Origin: Candidatus Doudnabacteria bacterium
Lineage (GTDB): Bacteria; Patescibacteriota; Doudnabacteria; UBA920
Reading direction: 5' to 3'
NCBI GenBank assembly: GCA_020850635.1
Contig: JADZEH010000032.1
Coordinates: 11,421 to 75,420, forward strand
DNA: 64,000 nucleotides
Part shown: positions 44,614-53,311 of the stretch, piece by piece
How positions within the stretch are numbered: the stretch's first letter is position 1
Layout of the letters: every line of letters begins with the position of its first letter
Translations under genes and position numbers: made by a program
The notes under the pieces: model-generated
The model's database searches: none
What the model saw: the letters and a program-made list of their open reading frames with translations, nothing else
Told to the model about the DNA's origin: nothing

Positions 44614-45328
44614 ACAAAACCAGAAAATATATAAGAACTCTTTCAGCCTTTTTTTAAAAAGTACTAACGAAAAGAAGGTAATTTTGGATTTTGTTAAAAA
44701 AAATATATCATTGGGAAAAGTTAAGAATGTATTAGATATTGGTGGTGGAAATGGTGCCTTGGCTTTACCGCTAGCCCGTTTAAAAAAAAATGTTACCGTA
44801 GTGGAACCCAATAAACAACTAGCTGGTAAATTAAATTCACGACGAATTAAGTATGTAAACAAAACATGGGAGAACTATAAATCATCTAAAAAATTTGATC
44901 TTGTTGTGGCTGCATACGTAGTCACTTATTTTAAAAAGAAAGATTTGCCTAAGTTAATAGATAAGATGTATGAGTTAGTTTTACCGGGAGGATGCTTGAT
45001 TATTTTTACTATTGATCCTAAAAGGGGTTCGTGGCGAGGAATACACACCTATTTTTACCAGTTGTTAGGGATTGAGCATAAATCTTCTACGTATTTACTC
45101 AAATCATATCTTTCTAAATATAAGCATGTATGTTCAAGATCAATAAAAACTCTAGTAAAGACTAAAAATATTTCTGAAATGCTCAAGATTTTAGCGTTTG
45201 ATTTTTATCAATATGAACCAAATTTTACTAAATATAAAATTGAACTTGAGAAGTACTTAAAGAAACATCTTGTAGGCAAGGGTGTGGTACTAAAAATGGT
45301 ACACGAGGTATTTATTATCAAAAAATAA
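44606..45328 (+). CDS. class I SAM-dependent methyltransferase (second)
   Basis: 240 aa. Motif I is VLDIGGGNGALALPLA and the post-I acidic residue is VVEPN. The start overlaps the upstream stop. Confidence 0.65.
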   Translation: MNRQNQKIYKNSFSLFLKSTNEKKVILDFVKKNISLGKVKNVLDIGGGNGALALPLARLKKNVTVVEPNKQLAGKLNSRRIKYVNKTWENYKSSKKFDLVVAAYVVTYFKKKDLPKLIDKMYELVLPGGCLIIFTIDPKRGSWRGIHTYFYQLLGIEHKSSTYLLKSYLSKYKHVCSRSIKTLVKTKNISEMLKILAFDFYQYEPNFTKYKIELEKYLKKHLVGKGVVLKMVHEVFIIKK

Positions 45329-45331
45329 TAT

Positions 45332-45940
45332 ATGAATAAAAATATTGAATTAGAGTTTCGTGCGAATTTGACAAAAAAACTAGCAGAGAGAGTAGATCGC
45401 CAACTGACCGCCCTAGCAAAGAGAAAAGAAGTTACAAAAAGGATTTCATTTATGTCCTTTGGTTCTCAGGGTTCAAATAATATTGACATTAGAGTGCGTT
45501 TAACAAATGGAAAATCAGAGGTCGTTATAAAGACGGGTGAATTACATTCTCATAAACGAATCGAGCTTTCACAAACCATTGGGACTGAACAATTTATGGG
45601 ATTTGTTAAACTATTTACATTATTCAATTATGAAACTAAAATAGCTGAACGGGTAACAACTAATTATTATTTGAAAAATAATATCGTAGTATCTATTGTA
45701 CAAGCTAAAAGCATTTTTTATCTAGAAATAGAAAAATTAAGTCATATAAGTGAAATTGAAAAAAACACAAAAATTTTAAAAGATATTTTGAAGAAGCTTG
45801 GCTTGAGTGATCATATAATTAATACCAAGGCAGCGTTTGATCAACTCTGCTCTTTACTATCGAAGAAAACCGATTGGACGTATAAGGGGTCCATGAGAGA
45901 TGAAAAAAGATTAAAAATGTTAATTAAGAGGTTTATTTAG
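45332..45940 (+). CDS. CYTH-like (CyaB/thiamine-triphosphatase fold) triphosphate tunnel metalloenzyme, putative
   Basis: 202 aa. The N-terminus has the ExExK/R motif (IELEFRANL), and the C-terminus has the acidic ExE cluster (FYLEIEKL). These are the two signature motifs of CYTH domains. Confidence 0.45.
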   Translation: MNKNIELEFRANLTKKLAERVDRQLTALAKRKEVTKRISFMSFGSQGSNNIDIRVRLTNGKSEVVIKTGELHSHKRIELSQTIGTEQFMGFVKLFTLFNYETKIAERVTTNYYLKNNIVVSIVQAKSIFYLEIEKLSHISEIEKNTKILKDILKKLGLSDHIINTKAAFDQLCSLLSKKTDWTYKGSMRDEKRLKMLIKRFI

Positions 45941-46048
45941 AAAAATAAAAGACATCTTTAACTAATAGATGTCTTTTATCGGTGCAGCTAGTCTAATTGG
46001 TGGAATTGAGGATACTTTAATTACCACACTTTTAGAAAATTGGTTACA

Positions 46049-46816
46049 TTAATTTAGTAGTTCTTTCAGCGCTACTCGGTACTGTTCTCTTACTACTTCT
46101 TCTTTACGCTCTTTTCCATGTTTAAAATTTTCATCTAGTACTGTTTCTTCTTTAATGAGGTTGTCGGTCATATAAATTAGACCTGCGCTTGGAACACCAA
46201 AATGCTCCGACACCGCAAAAACTGTTGAGGCTTCCATTTCGACTCCCAAAAACCCTTCCTCCGACCACTTTTTAATGTGCTCTAAAGTTTCGCCCATCAT
46301 AGCTTGTGATGTAGTAGTCGCTCCTCGATGTACTTTAAAATCTGGTTTAATCTTTTCCTGCAGACTTTGTGAAAGCTCTTCGTCGGGAAAGTGTTTATTA
46401 TCTGTCTCATCAGGACCATACATTCGTGTTGAGCTTTCATTACCAAAGCTATATGTGGGAATGATTAAGTCACCAGGGTTTACGTCTAGTGAAAGTCCGC
46501 CACAACTCCCGAGTACAATATTTTTCTTTGAGCCGAATAAACAGGCGAGGTGTAAATATTCTGACAACAAGGCACCGCCGTATGAGATGTCAAACCAATA
46601 ACGCTTACCGTCTATAACAAACTCAGTCATGCGCCCCAAGAATTCAGGTAGGGAATTAAATTCGGCTTGCTTGCCTAAGTCTGTCATGGCTTGTTTGAAA
46701 ATGGGAATTTGTTTTTGTTTGTTCCAAGTACCATAACAAAGCATGCCCTCGATCTGATAGTCTTCAGAAAAACCTAAGTATTTTTTGTAATCACTAGCGC
46801 TGAATGTTTTATACAT
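46049..46816 (-). CDS. nucleoside phosphorylase (PNP/UDP family 1)
   Basis: 255 aa. The conserved segment is IVLGSCGGL, followed by an acidic/Met-rich region typical of purine/uridine phosphorylase and MTA nucleosidase family proteins. Confidence 0.65.
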   Translation of the reverse strand: MYKTFSASDYKKYLGFSEDYQIEGMLCYGTWNKQKQIPIFKQAMTDLGKQAEFNSLPEFLGRMTEFVIDGKRYWFDISYGGALLSEYLHLACLFGSKKNIVLGSCGGLSLDVNPGDLIIPTYSFGNESSTRMYGPDETDNKHFPDEELSQSLQEKIKPDFKVHRGATTTSQAMMGETLEHIKKWSEEGFLGVEMEASTVFAVSEHFGVPSAGLIYMTDNLIKEETVLDENFKHGKERKEEVVREQYRVALKELLN

Positions 46817-46890
46817 AGCAGTATTATATCTGAAAGATTAGCGGTTTAAAAGCTTACGAAAAACACCCAGCAAAAGCTGGGTGAAATTCG

Positions 46891-46919
46891 TGGGGTCGCA
46901 TAGTGGAGGATGTCCGCAC
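46891..46919 (+). repeat. conserved 29-nt motif, copy 2 (TGGGGTCGCATAGTGGAGGATGTCCGCAC)
   Basis: 28 of 29 positions are identical to copy 1. It sits between the trmH-like stop (46922) and the hairpin CACCCAGCAAAAGCTGGGTG. Confidence 0.7.
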
Positions 46920-46921
46920 TA

Positions 46922-47746
46922 TCATTCAGTGTTCCGTCTCTGGCGGTCAATCTCATAAAGTACTATAGAGGAAGCAGCTGTTACGTTGAGGGAAGAGGCG
47001 GAACCATACATTGGTATTTTTACTATTGTATCGGCAATTTCTCGATAAGCTTCACTTAGACCTTTTGTTTCATTTCCTACTAACAATATGGTTGGCTTTT
47101 TAAAATCGTGTTGATCAATTGCGACTTTACCATTTTCGTCAGTAGCAATCACTTGGAGTGTTGTATACTGCTTTTTTAATTTATCAATCCATGGTAGTAG
47201 CTCCTTATGGGAGGGGAGTCGGACAGTTGGGACAACAAAGCTTGAACCACGTGATGCGCTAATGACCTCAGGATCGTATAAATCTGCAGCGTGACCTGTA
47301 ACAATTAGACTGTTAACTTTTAGAGCGTCCGCAGATCTAATGAGACTTCCTAAGTTACCTGGGCTTACTGGACGGTCAAAAACAATGACTAGTAAATCTT
47401 TGCTTACTGGAATTTTATCTAAGTTATCTTTAGGTATCGTGAGAACTGCTAGCAGTTCAGAGCCTTCTTCTTTTAAGCTTAGTTTATGCAGAAGGGTAGA
47501 GGAGAGCTCATAATGAATTTCTGCTTTAGAGCTATGTAAGATATCATGTGCCCAACTTGATAACTTGGAAGGGTTGTAAATAAAGGCGTGGATGTTCCAG
47601 TCGTGAGCTAGAGCTTGATTAATCGGACGCACGCCTTCAACAAAAAACAAACCTTGTTTACTCCGCTTTTCACGATTGCGTCTCAAGGTTTCAATTAATT
47701 GAAAGTCGCTATTCTCGCTATATATCTTTTTAATTTTGGGCTTCAT
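46922..47746 (-). CDS. TrmH/SpoU-family RNA 2'-O-methyltransferase (RlmB-like)
   Basis: 274 aa. The SPOUT motifs are LVIVFDRPVSPGNLGSLIRSADALKVNSLIV, IPMYGSASSLNVTAASSIVLYEI, and an N-terminal substrate-binding domain. Confidence 0.8.
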   Translation of the reverse strand: MKPKIKKIYSENSDFQLIETLRRNREKRSKQGLFFVEGVRPINQALAHDWNIHAFIYNPSKLSSWAHDILHSSKAEIHYELSSTLLHKLSLKEEGSELLAVLTIPKDNLDKIPVSKDLLVIVFDRPVSPGNLGSLIRSADALKVNSLIVTGHAADLYDPEVISASRGSSFVVPTVRLPSHKELLPWIDKLKKQYTTLQVIATDENGKVAIDQHDFKKPTILLVGNETKGLSEAYREIADTIVKIPMYGSASSLNVTAASSIVLYEIDRQRRNTE

Positions 47747-47749
47747 ATT

Positions 47750-48299
47750 CTAAGAAAGTTTTTTGATGGTTTCAATAACTCGCTCTGCTACTCGCGATGG
47801 TTCTAAGTCGCTGGTATTAATCACTTCGTATCCGTGTTTTTGAGCTTCCTCTCGGAGAATCCGAGCAAAGTTAATACTGTCTCCAATAAATTGTTCAACT
47901 GGCTTACCAGTAACCATCACTTCCGATTCAACTCCACTTCGGACCTGATACCGTCTTTCAAGTCTACTTCGAAGTACTTCGGGATTGGCGTCTAAAAGAA
48001 AGGCTCCCACCATATCTGTACTTACTTGTAGTTTGTCTAAGGCAGCATGAAGTTCCTCTGGGCGCGTGATGCCAAAGATAATTGTTTTTGATATGATGCT
48101 CAGAGTTTTTAGTACCTTCCTTGATCCAATTTTCTGTTTGTTCGATTCTCCATTGCTCATCAACGTCGTCAGGTACCCCTACTTCATCCATATCGTGGAT
48201 GTGGTACTCGGAATGGGGAAGTTTGTTTTTCACAAGATCCATAACCGTTGATTTTCCCGCCCCAGAACCCCCTGATATAAAGAAAATTTGTTTGTTCAT
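47750..48299 (-). pseudogene. P-loop nucleoside/nucleotide kinase split by a frameshift into two overlapping ORFs
   Basis: ORF 47964-48299 begins MNKQIFFISGGSGAGKSTVMD (Walker A) but degenerates after about 70 aa. ORF 47750-48163 encodes the remaining kinase body (…IIFGITRPEELHAALDKL…). The frame switch lies near 48080-48130. The cause could be a genuine mutation, a sequencing error, or programmed frameshifting. Confidence 0.5.
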
Positions 48300-48386
48300 A
48301 GACTTAGGATAACAAAAAACACCTGCTATTAACAGGTGTCTTTTGCTTGGATCATAGGGTGGGGGATGTGGAAACCATAGTTCGTT

Positions 48387-48926
48387 CTAAACACCTGATA
48401 ACTGATTTGGCAGATCACTAATCTTATTTAGAATTTTAATTCTACTAGCTTTGCTGTCTGGAATTTCTAAATATGAAGTACTCAACAGCATGCATTCAAT
48501 ACCTACAGTTTTTGCTGAAAGGTAATCATAAGTGTAATTGTCTCCAATTAAGATAGCCCTAGATTTAGGGATGTGTAATCTCTTCAGCACAGAAACCATT
48601 ACTTTTCCTTTTCCCCAAGGATATGGCCTAGCTGTATAAATGGCATCAAACAGTTTGTTAAGTTTTAGATGTTCCATTTTTGCATTCATATGAATATCCG
48701 CTTCAAGTCGAGGATGGGGATGGGTGGAGAGGGCGATTAGAGTTTTGCCCTGAGACTTTAATTTTTTGAGAGTGGCAATAATTGAAGGTGTTGCTTTTAG
48801 ATGGGGGATGTATTTTACGAATTTAGGGTGCTCCTTGTAAATCCAGTGAGGCTTCATTTTCCACTTAGTACTCTTGGGGTACCAGAGTGTTCCATCACCA
48901 TCAAAAAATATTACTTCTTTTTTCAT
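48387..48926 (-). CDS. HAD-superfamily hydrolase
   Basis: 179 aa. Motif I is FFDGDGTLW (DxDxT), and a motif IV-like segment is ILIGDNYTYD. Confidence 0.7.
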   Translation of the reverse strand: MKKEVIFFDGDGTLWYPKSTKWKMKPHWIYKEHPKFVKYIPHLKATPSIIATLKKLKSQGKTLIALSTHPHPRLEADIHMNAKMEHLKLNKLFDAIYTARPYPWGKGKVMVSVLKRLHIPKSRAILIGDNYTYDYLSAKTVGIECMLLSTSYLEIPDSKASRIKILNKISDLPNQLSGV

Positions 48927-49018
48927 GAGTTAAGTTTAACAAAAAAACATCGCAAAGGCGATTAATCGCTGGGTCGCTCCGCCAACTGGCGGGGTGGAAG
49001 ACGTGTGCACCATTGTTA

Positions 49019-49510
49019 TCAATTCACCTCACTTAGTATCTTATCTATGACCGTCTGTAACGGCTTGGTGGCATCCACTAAAATAGTTCCTGTGTCTTTG
49101 GAATGCTGTTCAGCTATTTGATTCATTTTTAGCTGAAAAGCTAACTCCTCTGGCTTTTTACCGTAGTCGTTATTGGTTCGAGTTGCAAGTCTATGTTTTA
49201 AAGTTTCGTCGTCAAGGTGTAAAGTGAAAACTTTGGTAAAATTATGCAAGAAGTCTGGCTTATTCATTGCCCCACCGCAGATAAATATTATACCGTCATC
49301 AGCTTGCTCAACAGCGTGATAGAATTTTTCTTCATTCCACAACCAGTTTTTATAATTATGGTCATCAGTAGGTAGCCCTGTTTCTGGGTCTGTGAAGCTT
49401 GCCAGTTCTTCATCTGCATCGATTACTGTATATCCTAATTTGTGCAATTCTTCACCAACCGTTGTTTTACCAGCTCCTGATACACCTTCAACAAGATAAA
49501 TCTTTTTCAT
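49019..49510 (-). CDS. P-loop kinase (AAA_33/deoxynucleoside- or adenylate-kinase-like)
   Basis: 163 aa with Walker A VEGVSGAGKTTV. Its small size and order fit nucleoside/nucleotide monophosphate kinases. Confidence 0.6.
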   Translation of the reverse strand: MKKIYLVEGVSGAGKTTVGEELHKLGYTVIDADEELASFTDPETGLPTDDHNYKNWLWNEEKFYHAVEQADDGIIFICGGAMNKPDFLHNFTKVFTLHLDDETLKHRLATRTNNDYGKKPEELAFQLKMNQIAEQHSKDTGTILVDATKPLQTVIDKILSEVN

Positions 49511-49563
49511 GAATATATTCTAACAAAAAACTGCCCAAAAGGGCAGTTTCATCTTCCTATTCA

Positions 49564-49592
49564 TGGGGTCGCATTGTGGAGGATGTTCGTGC
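49564..49592 (+). repeat. conserved 29-nt motif, copy 3 (TGGGGTCGCATTGTGGAGGATGTTCGTGC)
   Basis: 26 of 29 positions are identical to copy 1. It sits next to the hairpin CTGCCCAAAAGGGCAG at 49533-49548. Confidence 0.65.
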
Positions 49593-49687
49593 TTATTTTA
49601 TAGCCTCAAATCGGGACATAAGTCCATTCGAGTTTGGTTTCCCTTCATAACCGTAGGCGTTCAGAATGCTCGTTATGATTGAGCGAG

Positions 49688-50341
49688 TTAGAAAATCGAC
49701 AATAAGTCATTAAGGGAGCGGATTTTATAATCAACAATATTAGCTTGCACATCACGATCTTCTAACTGATACCATACTGTAGTCATGCCAATTTGTTTTG
49801 CAGGAATTAAACTTCTTTCGATGTTATCATCAATCATGACTGAGTTTGAAGCATCTGCTCCTACCTCATTTAGCGTGATACGAAAAATCTCTGGGTTAGG
49901 CTTTTCCAATTTGTAATCATCGGAAATACTTGTATGTTGGAAGTATTTCAAAACACCAGCTGTGGTTAGTTTTTCTTTAATAGCATTATGTTGATTAGCG
50001 ATCAATCCCAGTTTATATTTTTTTGATAGTTCATACGCCACTGCAGCGGCTTCAGGTCTAATTTGTTGTTGTTCAGTATATGAAGGTCCCGATTGTTTCC
50101 TTTCTCTCATTTCTGCAATAGCTTCGTCAGCTGCTTCAGGTATAAACCATCTGAACACACTTTCATCTAGCTCTGATTGAATTGCGCTAATTTTAGGCCA
50201 TATATTTAGAATGTCTTGTCGGGTTACTTCGGGTTTATACTTCTTAATTATATCTAGATCAATATTTACCCTAAAGTTAAAATAACGACTTTCATCAGAC
50301 AATACACCACCAACGTCAAAAAATATCCAATTTATATTCAT
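49688..50341 (-). CDS. HAD-superfamily hydrolase (5'-nucleotidase/phosphatase-like)
   Basis: 217 aa. Motif I is FFDVGGV (DxGxV variant of DxDxT/V), motif II is LIAN, and motif IV is MIDDN. Confidence 0.65.
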   Translation of the reverse strand: MNINWIFFDVGGVLSDESRYFNFRVNIDLDIIKKYKPEVTRQDILNIWPKISAIQSELDESVFRWFIPEAADEAIAEMRERKQSGPSYTEQQQIRPEAAAVAYELSKKYKLGLIANQHNAIKEKLTTAGVLKYFQHTSISDDYKLEKPNPEIFRITLNEVGADASNSVMIDDNIERSLIPAKQIGMTTVWYQLEDRDVQANIVDYKIRSLNDLLSIF

Positions 50342-50409
50342 AGGTTAAGCATAACAAAAAACACCTGCGATTAACAGATGTCGTCTGCTGGGTTGGATTG
50401 TGAGAGTGT

Positions 50410-50898
50410 TTACAGTTGCTTAATCCAAGCTTTCAACATCTCTCTACCGTTTTTAAAAGCAATATCAGTAGGTAGTTCGTTGTAATTGAACCATTGTAGT
50501 TCCTCTATGTCATCTCCGGCAACAGGTTCTCCATCTGCAATTGTGACAATGTAACCAACGTTTAGAATTGAAATTTTATCTGGACCATATTCGTCCATAA
50601 AGATACCTAAAAACTTTTCTATTTTAACATTTAGACCTGTTTCTTCTTTTGCTTCCCTCTTGGCGCCATCTTCTGGGTGTTCGCCATACTCTAAGAATCC
50701 GCCTATTACATCCCATTTTCCTTTTTCTGGCTCATTACGTCTTTTGCCCAGCAAAATTCTATCGTCATCAATTATCAATGTGCTGGCAGTGGGTTTTGAG
50801 TTCAAATAAACAATATGTTTGCACTTTGAACAAATGAACATTTCGGTATCTGTTTTGTCATACTTATGACCGCATTTTGAACAATATTCGTAAATCAT
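50410..50898 (-). CDS. NUDIX hydrolase with an N-terminal zinc ribbon (NudC-like architecture)
   Basis: 162 aa. The zinc ribbon is CSKCGH...CSKCKH. The Nudix box is GGFLEYGEHPEDGAKREAKEETGL (Gx5Ex7REUxEExGU). Confidence 0.8.
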   Translation of the reverse strand: MIYEYCSKCGHKYDKTDTEMFICSKCKHIVYLNSKPTASTLIIDDDRILLGKRRNEPEKGKWDVIGGFLEYGEHPEDGAKREAKEETGLNVKIEKFLGIFMDEYGPDKISILNVGYIVTIADGEPVAGDDIEELQWFNYNELPTDIAFKNGREMLKAWIKQL

Positions 50899-51064
50899 AA
50901 TTACAGCATAACAAAAAACAATAATTGAAGCTAACGGCTTTAATGCCTAGACAAAATCAATTATTCTCGGTATACTGCTATATTCATCTTGAAGCTTGGC
51001 ATGTGCTTATGCAAAAAGATGTCCTGACCAGAGGAGCTGGATTTCGGATCAACGGAGGAGAGCT

Positions 51065-51334
51065 ATGAAATGGTTCATCGGATTTCTCAGCATCGTCGGT
51101 AGTCTTGTGGTTTTCTTCTGCGGGTTGCAAATCAAGGACTATTCAACTCCTGACGCGGATTTGATGTTCGTGACGGCATTGTTCAGTTTCATCGCGGGCC
51201 TGACCTTTCTGTTTTTGGCTTTCTCGGAGTATAGGGAAGAGCGACAGCGTGCTTCCCTGACTCCCGCGGAGCTGAGAGAGGCAACCATCGCTCAGAGACT
51301 TTCTGATCGGGATTCTATTCCACCGCAGGCGTAG
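51065..51334 (+). CDS. small membrane protein in a high-GC island
   Basis: About 90 aa from the ATG at 51065, preceded by GGAGGAG. It has two TM helices, and local GC is about 55%. Confidence 0.45.
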   Translation: MKWFIGFLSIVGSLVVFFCGLQIKDYSTPDADLMFVTALFSFIAGLTFLFLAFSEYREERQRASLTPAELREATIAQRLSDRDSIPPQA

Positions 51335-51400
51335 AATGGTCTTACGCGAGAAACTGATGGGCTGGCAAACCGGCGTGGAATCGCCAAGGAGGAATAAACG

Positions 51401-51868
51401 ATGATCCAGTGGATCAAACAGTTTTTCACGATCAAGCCGCGGTCTCTGGAGGAGTTCATGAGCATTCTCCAGCGCGAAGACTGCACATACGTCAACGCAG
51501 TTGCTGACCGCAGGCTGGCAACATGGAGGGAGCGTTGGATCTTCGGAGTCGCTGGTTCCATCAGAATCGGTAACTGGGAAGACTACAATCTCTATGGTTC
51601 GAGGGCGAGAGACGGGAGACCCATCATCTACAAGGAGAGCTTCGGAGTAAGCTTCTACAGCTTGAGTGGCTATGCTGACGCAGAGAAGCGTGGCAAGCTC
51701 ACCATGAAGTGTATGATTACGGCATGGGCTCGTTTGTCTTTGATCAAGCAATGCATCCCGACGATCACCTGCAATTACGTGGCCGGAGGAGTTTCCATGG
51801 ATGAAGTGACCAAGTGGCGCTTGTTTGAGGAAGCACACGAGCACGGAATCGAGCCATTTCCTTTGTGA
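51401..51868 (+). CDS. hypothetical protein (155 aa) in a high-GC island
   Basis: A strong SD, AAGGAGG, lies 7 nt before the ATG. There is no recognisable motif. High GC, and the opposite-strand 233-aa ORF looks like an artefact of composition. Confidence 0.55.
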   Translation: MIQWIKQFFTIKPRSLEEFMSILQREDCTYVNAVADRRLATWRERWIFGVAGSIRIGNWEDYNLYGSRARDGRPIIYKESFGVSFYSLSGYADAEKRGKLTMKCMITAWARLSLIKQCIPTITCNYVAGGVSMDEVTKWRLFEEAHEHGIEPFPL

Positions 51869-51954
51869 GGTAATTCTTTCAGGCTCAGATGCAGTATTCT
51901 CAGAGGCGCTCTACGGCGATTGGTAGTAGCACGAAAGTGTTTCCCGATCGCCGT

Positions 51955-52824
51955 TTATTTTTCTGCACCTGTGTTGATAAGTTCTTGTACTTTGTTTCTG
52001 ATTCCGAATATTTCTGGGATCGTATCCAATTCTTCAGGGTTACTCCTTACCATCCAGATAAGTTTGACCATCTGTCCTGAAGTATACGATTGATCTCTGT
52101 CATGGATAGGCCCCACTACTCTAATAATTTTGTGAAGAGCACTATACAGTTCTCTATATGACTGCACTTGAGATATTAATAAGTCAGGGTTTAATTCATT
52201 TATCTCTTGTTCTCTTTTTTGATTTTGTTGCTTTCGTCCATTAATTAATCGTTGTACATCTTCAATACGCATCAGATGCCCGTGTATCCACACTCGAACC
52301 TTATACTTTTCATTTTCATGGGAAAAAGGAATGTAGAATTCTGCACCAAGAGTAACTCCTTTTTTATAGTTTATATTCTGACTATATTTTATATTGAAAT
52401 TTTCAATTATTTTTTTAATTGATTCTAGGTCATTTTTGGAAGCGGCTTCTAAAATCTCGTCTTTGGCTGTGTAGAAGTCTTGTGTCTCTTGAGCGCTTTG
52501 AAATATTTCGTCGTTCTCATCGTCATCTAATCCACCTTCAGAAGTGTTGATATTTGAGGTTAGTGTATCGTAAGCGTCGTTGATTTTCTTTGAAATTTCT
52601 TCTGCTGAAGAATGACTATTGATGTCAGGGTGATATTGTTTGATTAATTGAAGATAAGCTTGTCTTAGTTCCTTCAAAGATGTATTACGGCTTACTCCTA
52701 AAATTTTGTAGGGATCAGTCTCTGTCTCAATGCTCCTGTGTTCTGAATCATGACTGCCACCTTCAAACCGGCTTCTATTTACCATATAAGAGATGTTAAT
52801 TGTGTTTATCATAACAAAAAACAC
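51955..52824 (-). CDS. J-domain (DnaJ-like) protein
   Basis: The J-domain is DPYKILGVSRNTSLKELRQAYLQLIKQYHPD, with the HPD motif. The rest is acidic and coiled-coil. The true start is probably the Met preceding VNRSRFE (about 52776) rather than the GTG inside the terminator T-run. Confidence 0.7.
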   Translation of the reverse strand: MFFVMINTINISYMVNRSRFEGGSHDSEHRSIETETDPYKILGVSRNTSLKELRQAYLQLIKQYHPDINSHSSAEEISKKINDAYDTLTSNINTSEGGLDDDENDEIFQSAQETQDFYTAKDEILEAASKNDLESIKKIIENFNIKYSQNINYKKGVTLGAEFYIPFSHENEKYKVRVWIHGHLMRIEDVQRLINGRKQQNQKREQEINELNPDLLISQVQSYRELYSALHKIIRVVGPIHDRDQSYTSGQMVKLIWMVRSNPEELDTIPEIFGIRNKVQELINTGAEK

Positions 52825-52848
52825 CTGCTATTAACAGATGTCTTTTGC

Positions 52849-52923
52849 TGGGGTGCCTAACGGGGATCGAACCCGTGATTACTCTGCCACAGAGAGTCGT
52901 GTTACCACTACACCATAAGCACC
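52849..52923 (-). tRNA. tRNA-His (anticodon GUG)
   Basis: The reverse complement folds as G(-1)-GTGCTTA acceptor / TAGGCAC-C-CCA, a D-arm GGTGTAGTGGTAACAC, an anticodon stem ACTCT/AGAGT with loop CTGTGGC (GTG), and a T-arm ACGGG-TTCGATC-CCCGT. The extra 5' G pairing with discriminator C and the encoded CCA are the His hallmarks. Confidence 0.85.
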
Positions 52924-52931
52924 ATGTTGTA

Positions 52932-53207
52932 TTATTTTCCTAGTCCGTTTACTAGATAATTATAGGCTTCCTCTGAAAGTAACTTACCTGATTGAATTCT
53001 TCTTAATCCTAATTCTTGTTTTTGCCTCGCTCTGCTTTTACTAGAGAGTTTTAACTCATCCGCAACTTCTTGCAAGGTCATTTTTTCTGAAAACCTCAAT
53101 TCTAAAACTTTTGCTTCGATCTCTGGTAAAGATTCAAATGCGGTTTTGATTTTTTCAATTGTTTCTTTTATCGCATACTCTTTTTCTGGCGATTCACCGT
53201 ATTCCAT
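52932..53207 (-). CDS. small sigma-70 region-4-like HTH protein
   Basis: 91 aa. EAKVLELRFSEKMTLQEVADELKLSSKSRARQKQELGLRRI resembles the region 4.2 HTH of sigma-70/ECF factors, but the protein lacks region 2. Confidence 0.55.
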   Translation of the reverse strand: MEYGESPEKEYAIKETIEKIKTAFESLPEIEAKVLELRFSEKMTLQEVADELKLSSKSRARQKQELGLRRIQSGKLLSEEAYNYLVNGLGK

Positions 53208-53311
53208 AACCTATGAAATTAAAAATCCCGCACAGAATGCAGGAGTGCTGATACCTGCTGTGTCAGGTAGGATTAAATCCAAACCAATTATAGCTTATTT
53301 TAGCCGTTTAG

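Noticed and set aside
51143-51844. 233-aa minus-strand ORF across the second high-GC island
   Set aside because: It has no SD or motif, while both plus-strand ORFs have strong SDs. It is probably an artefact of GC-rich sequence.
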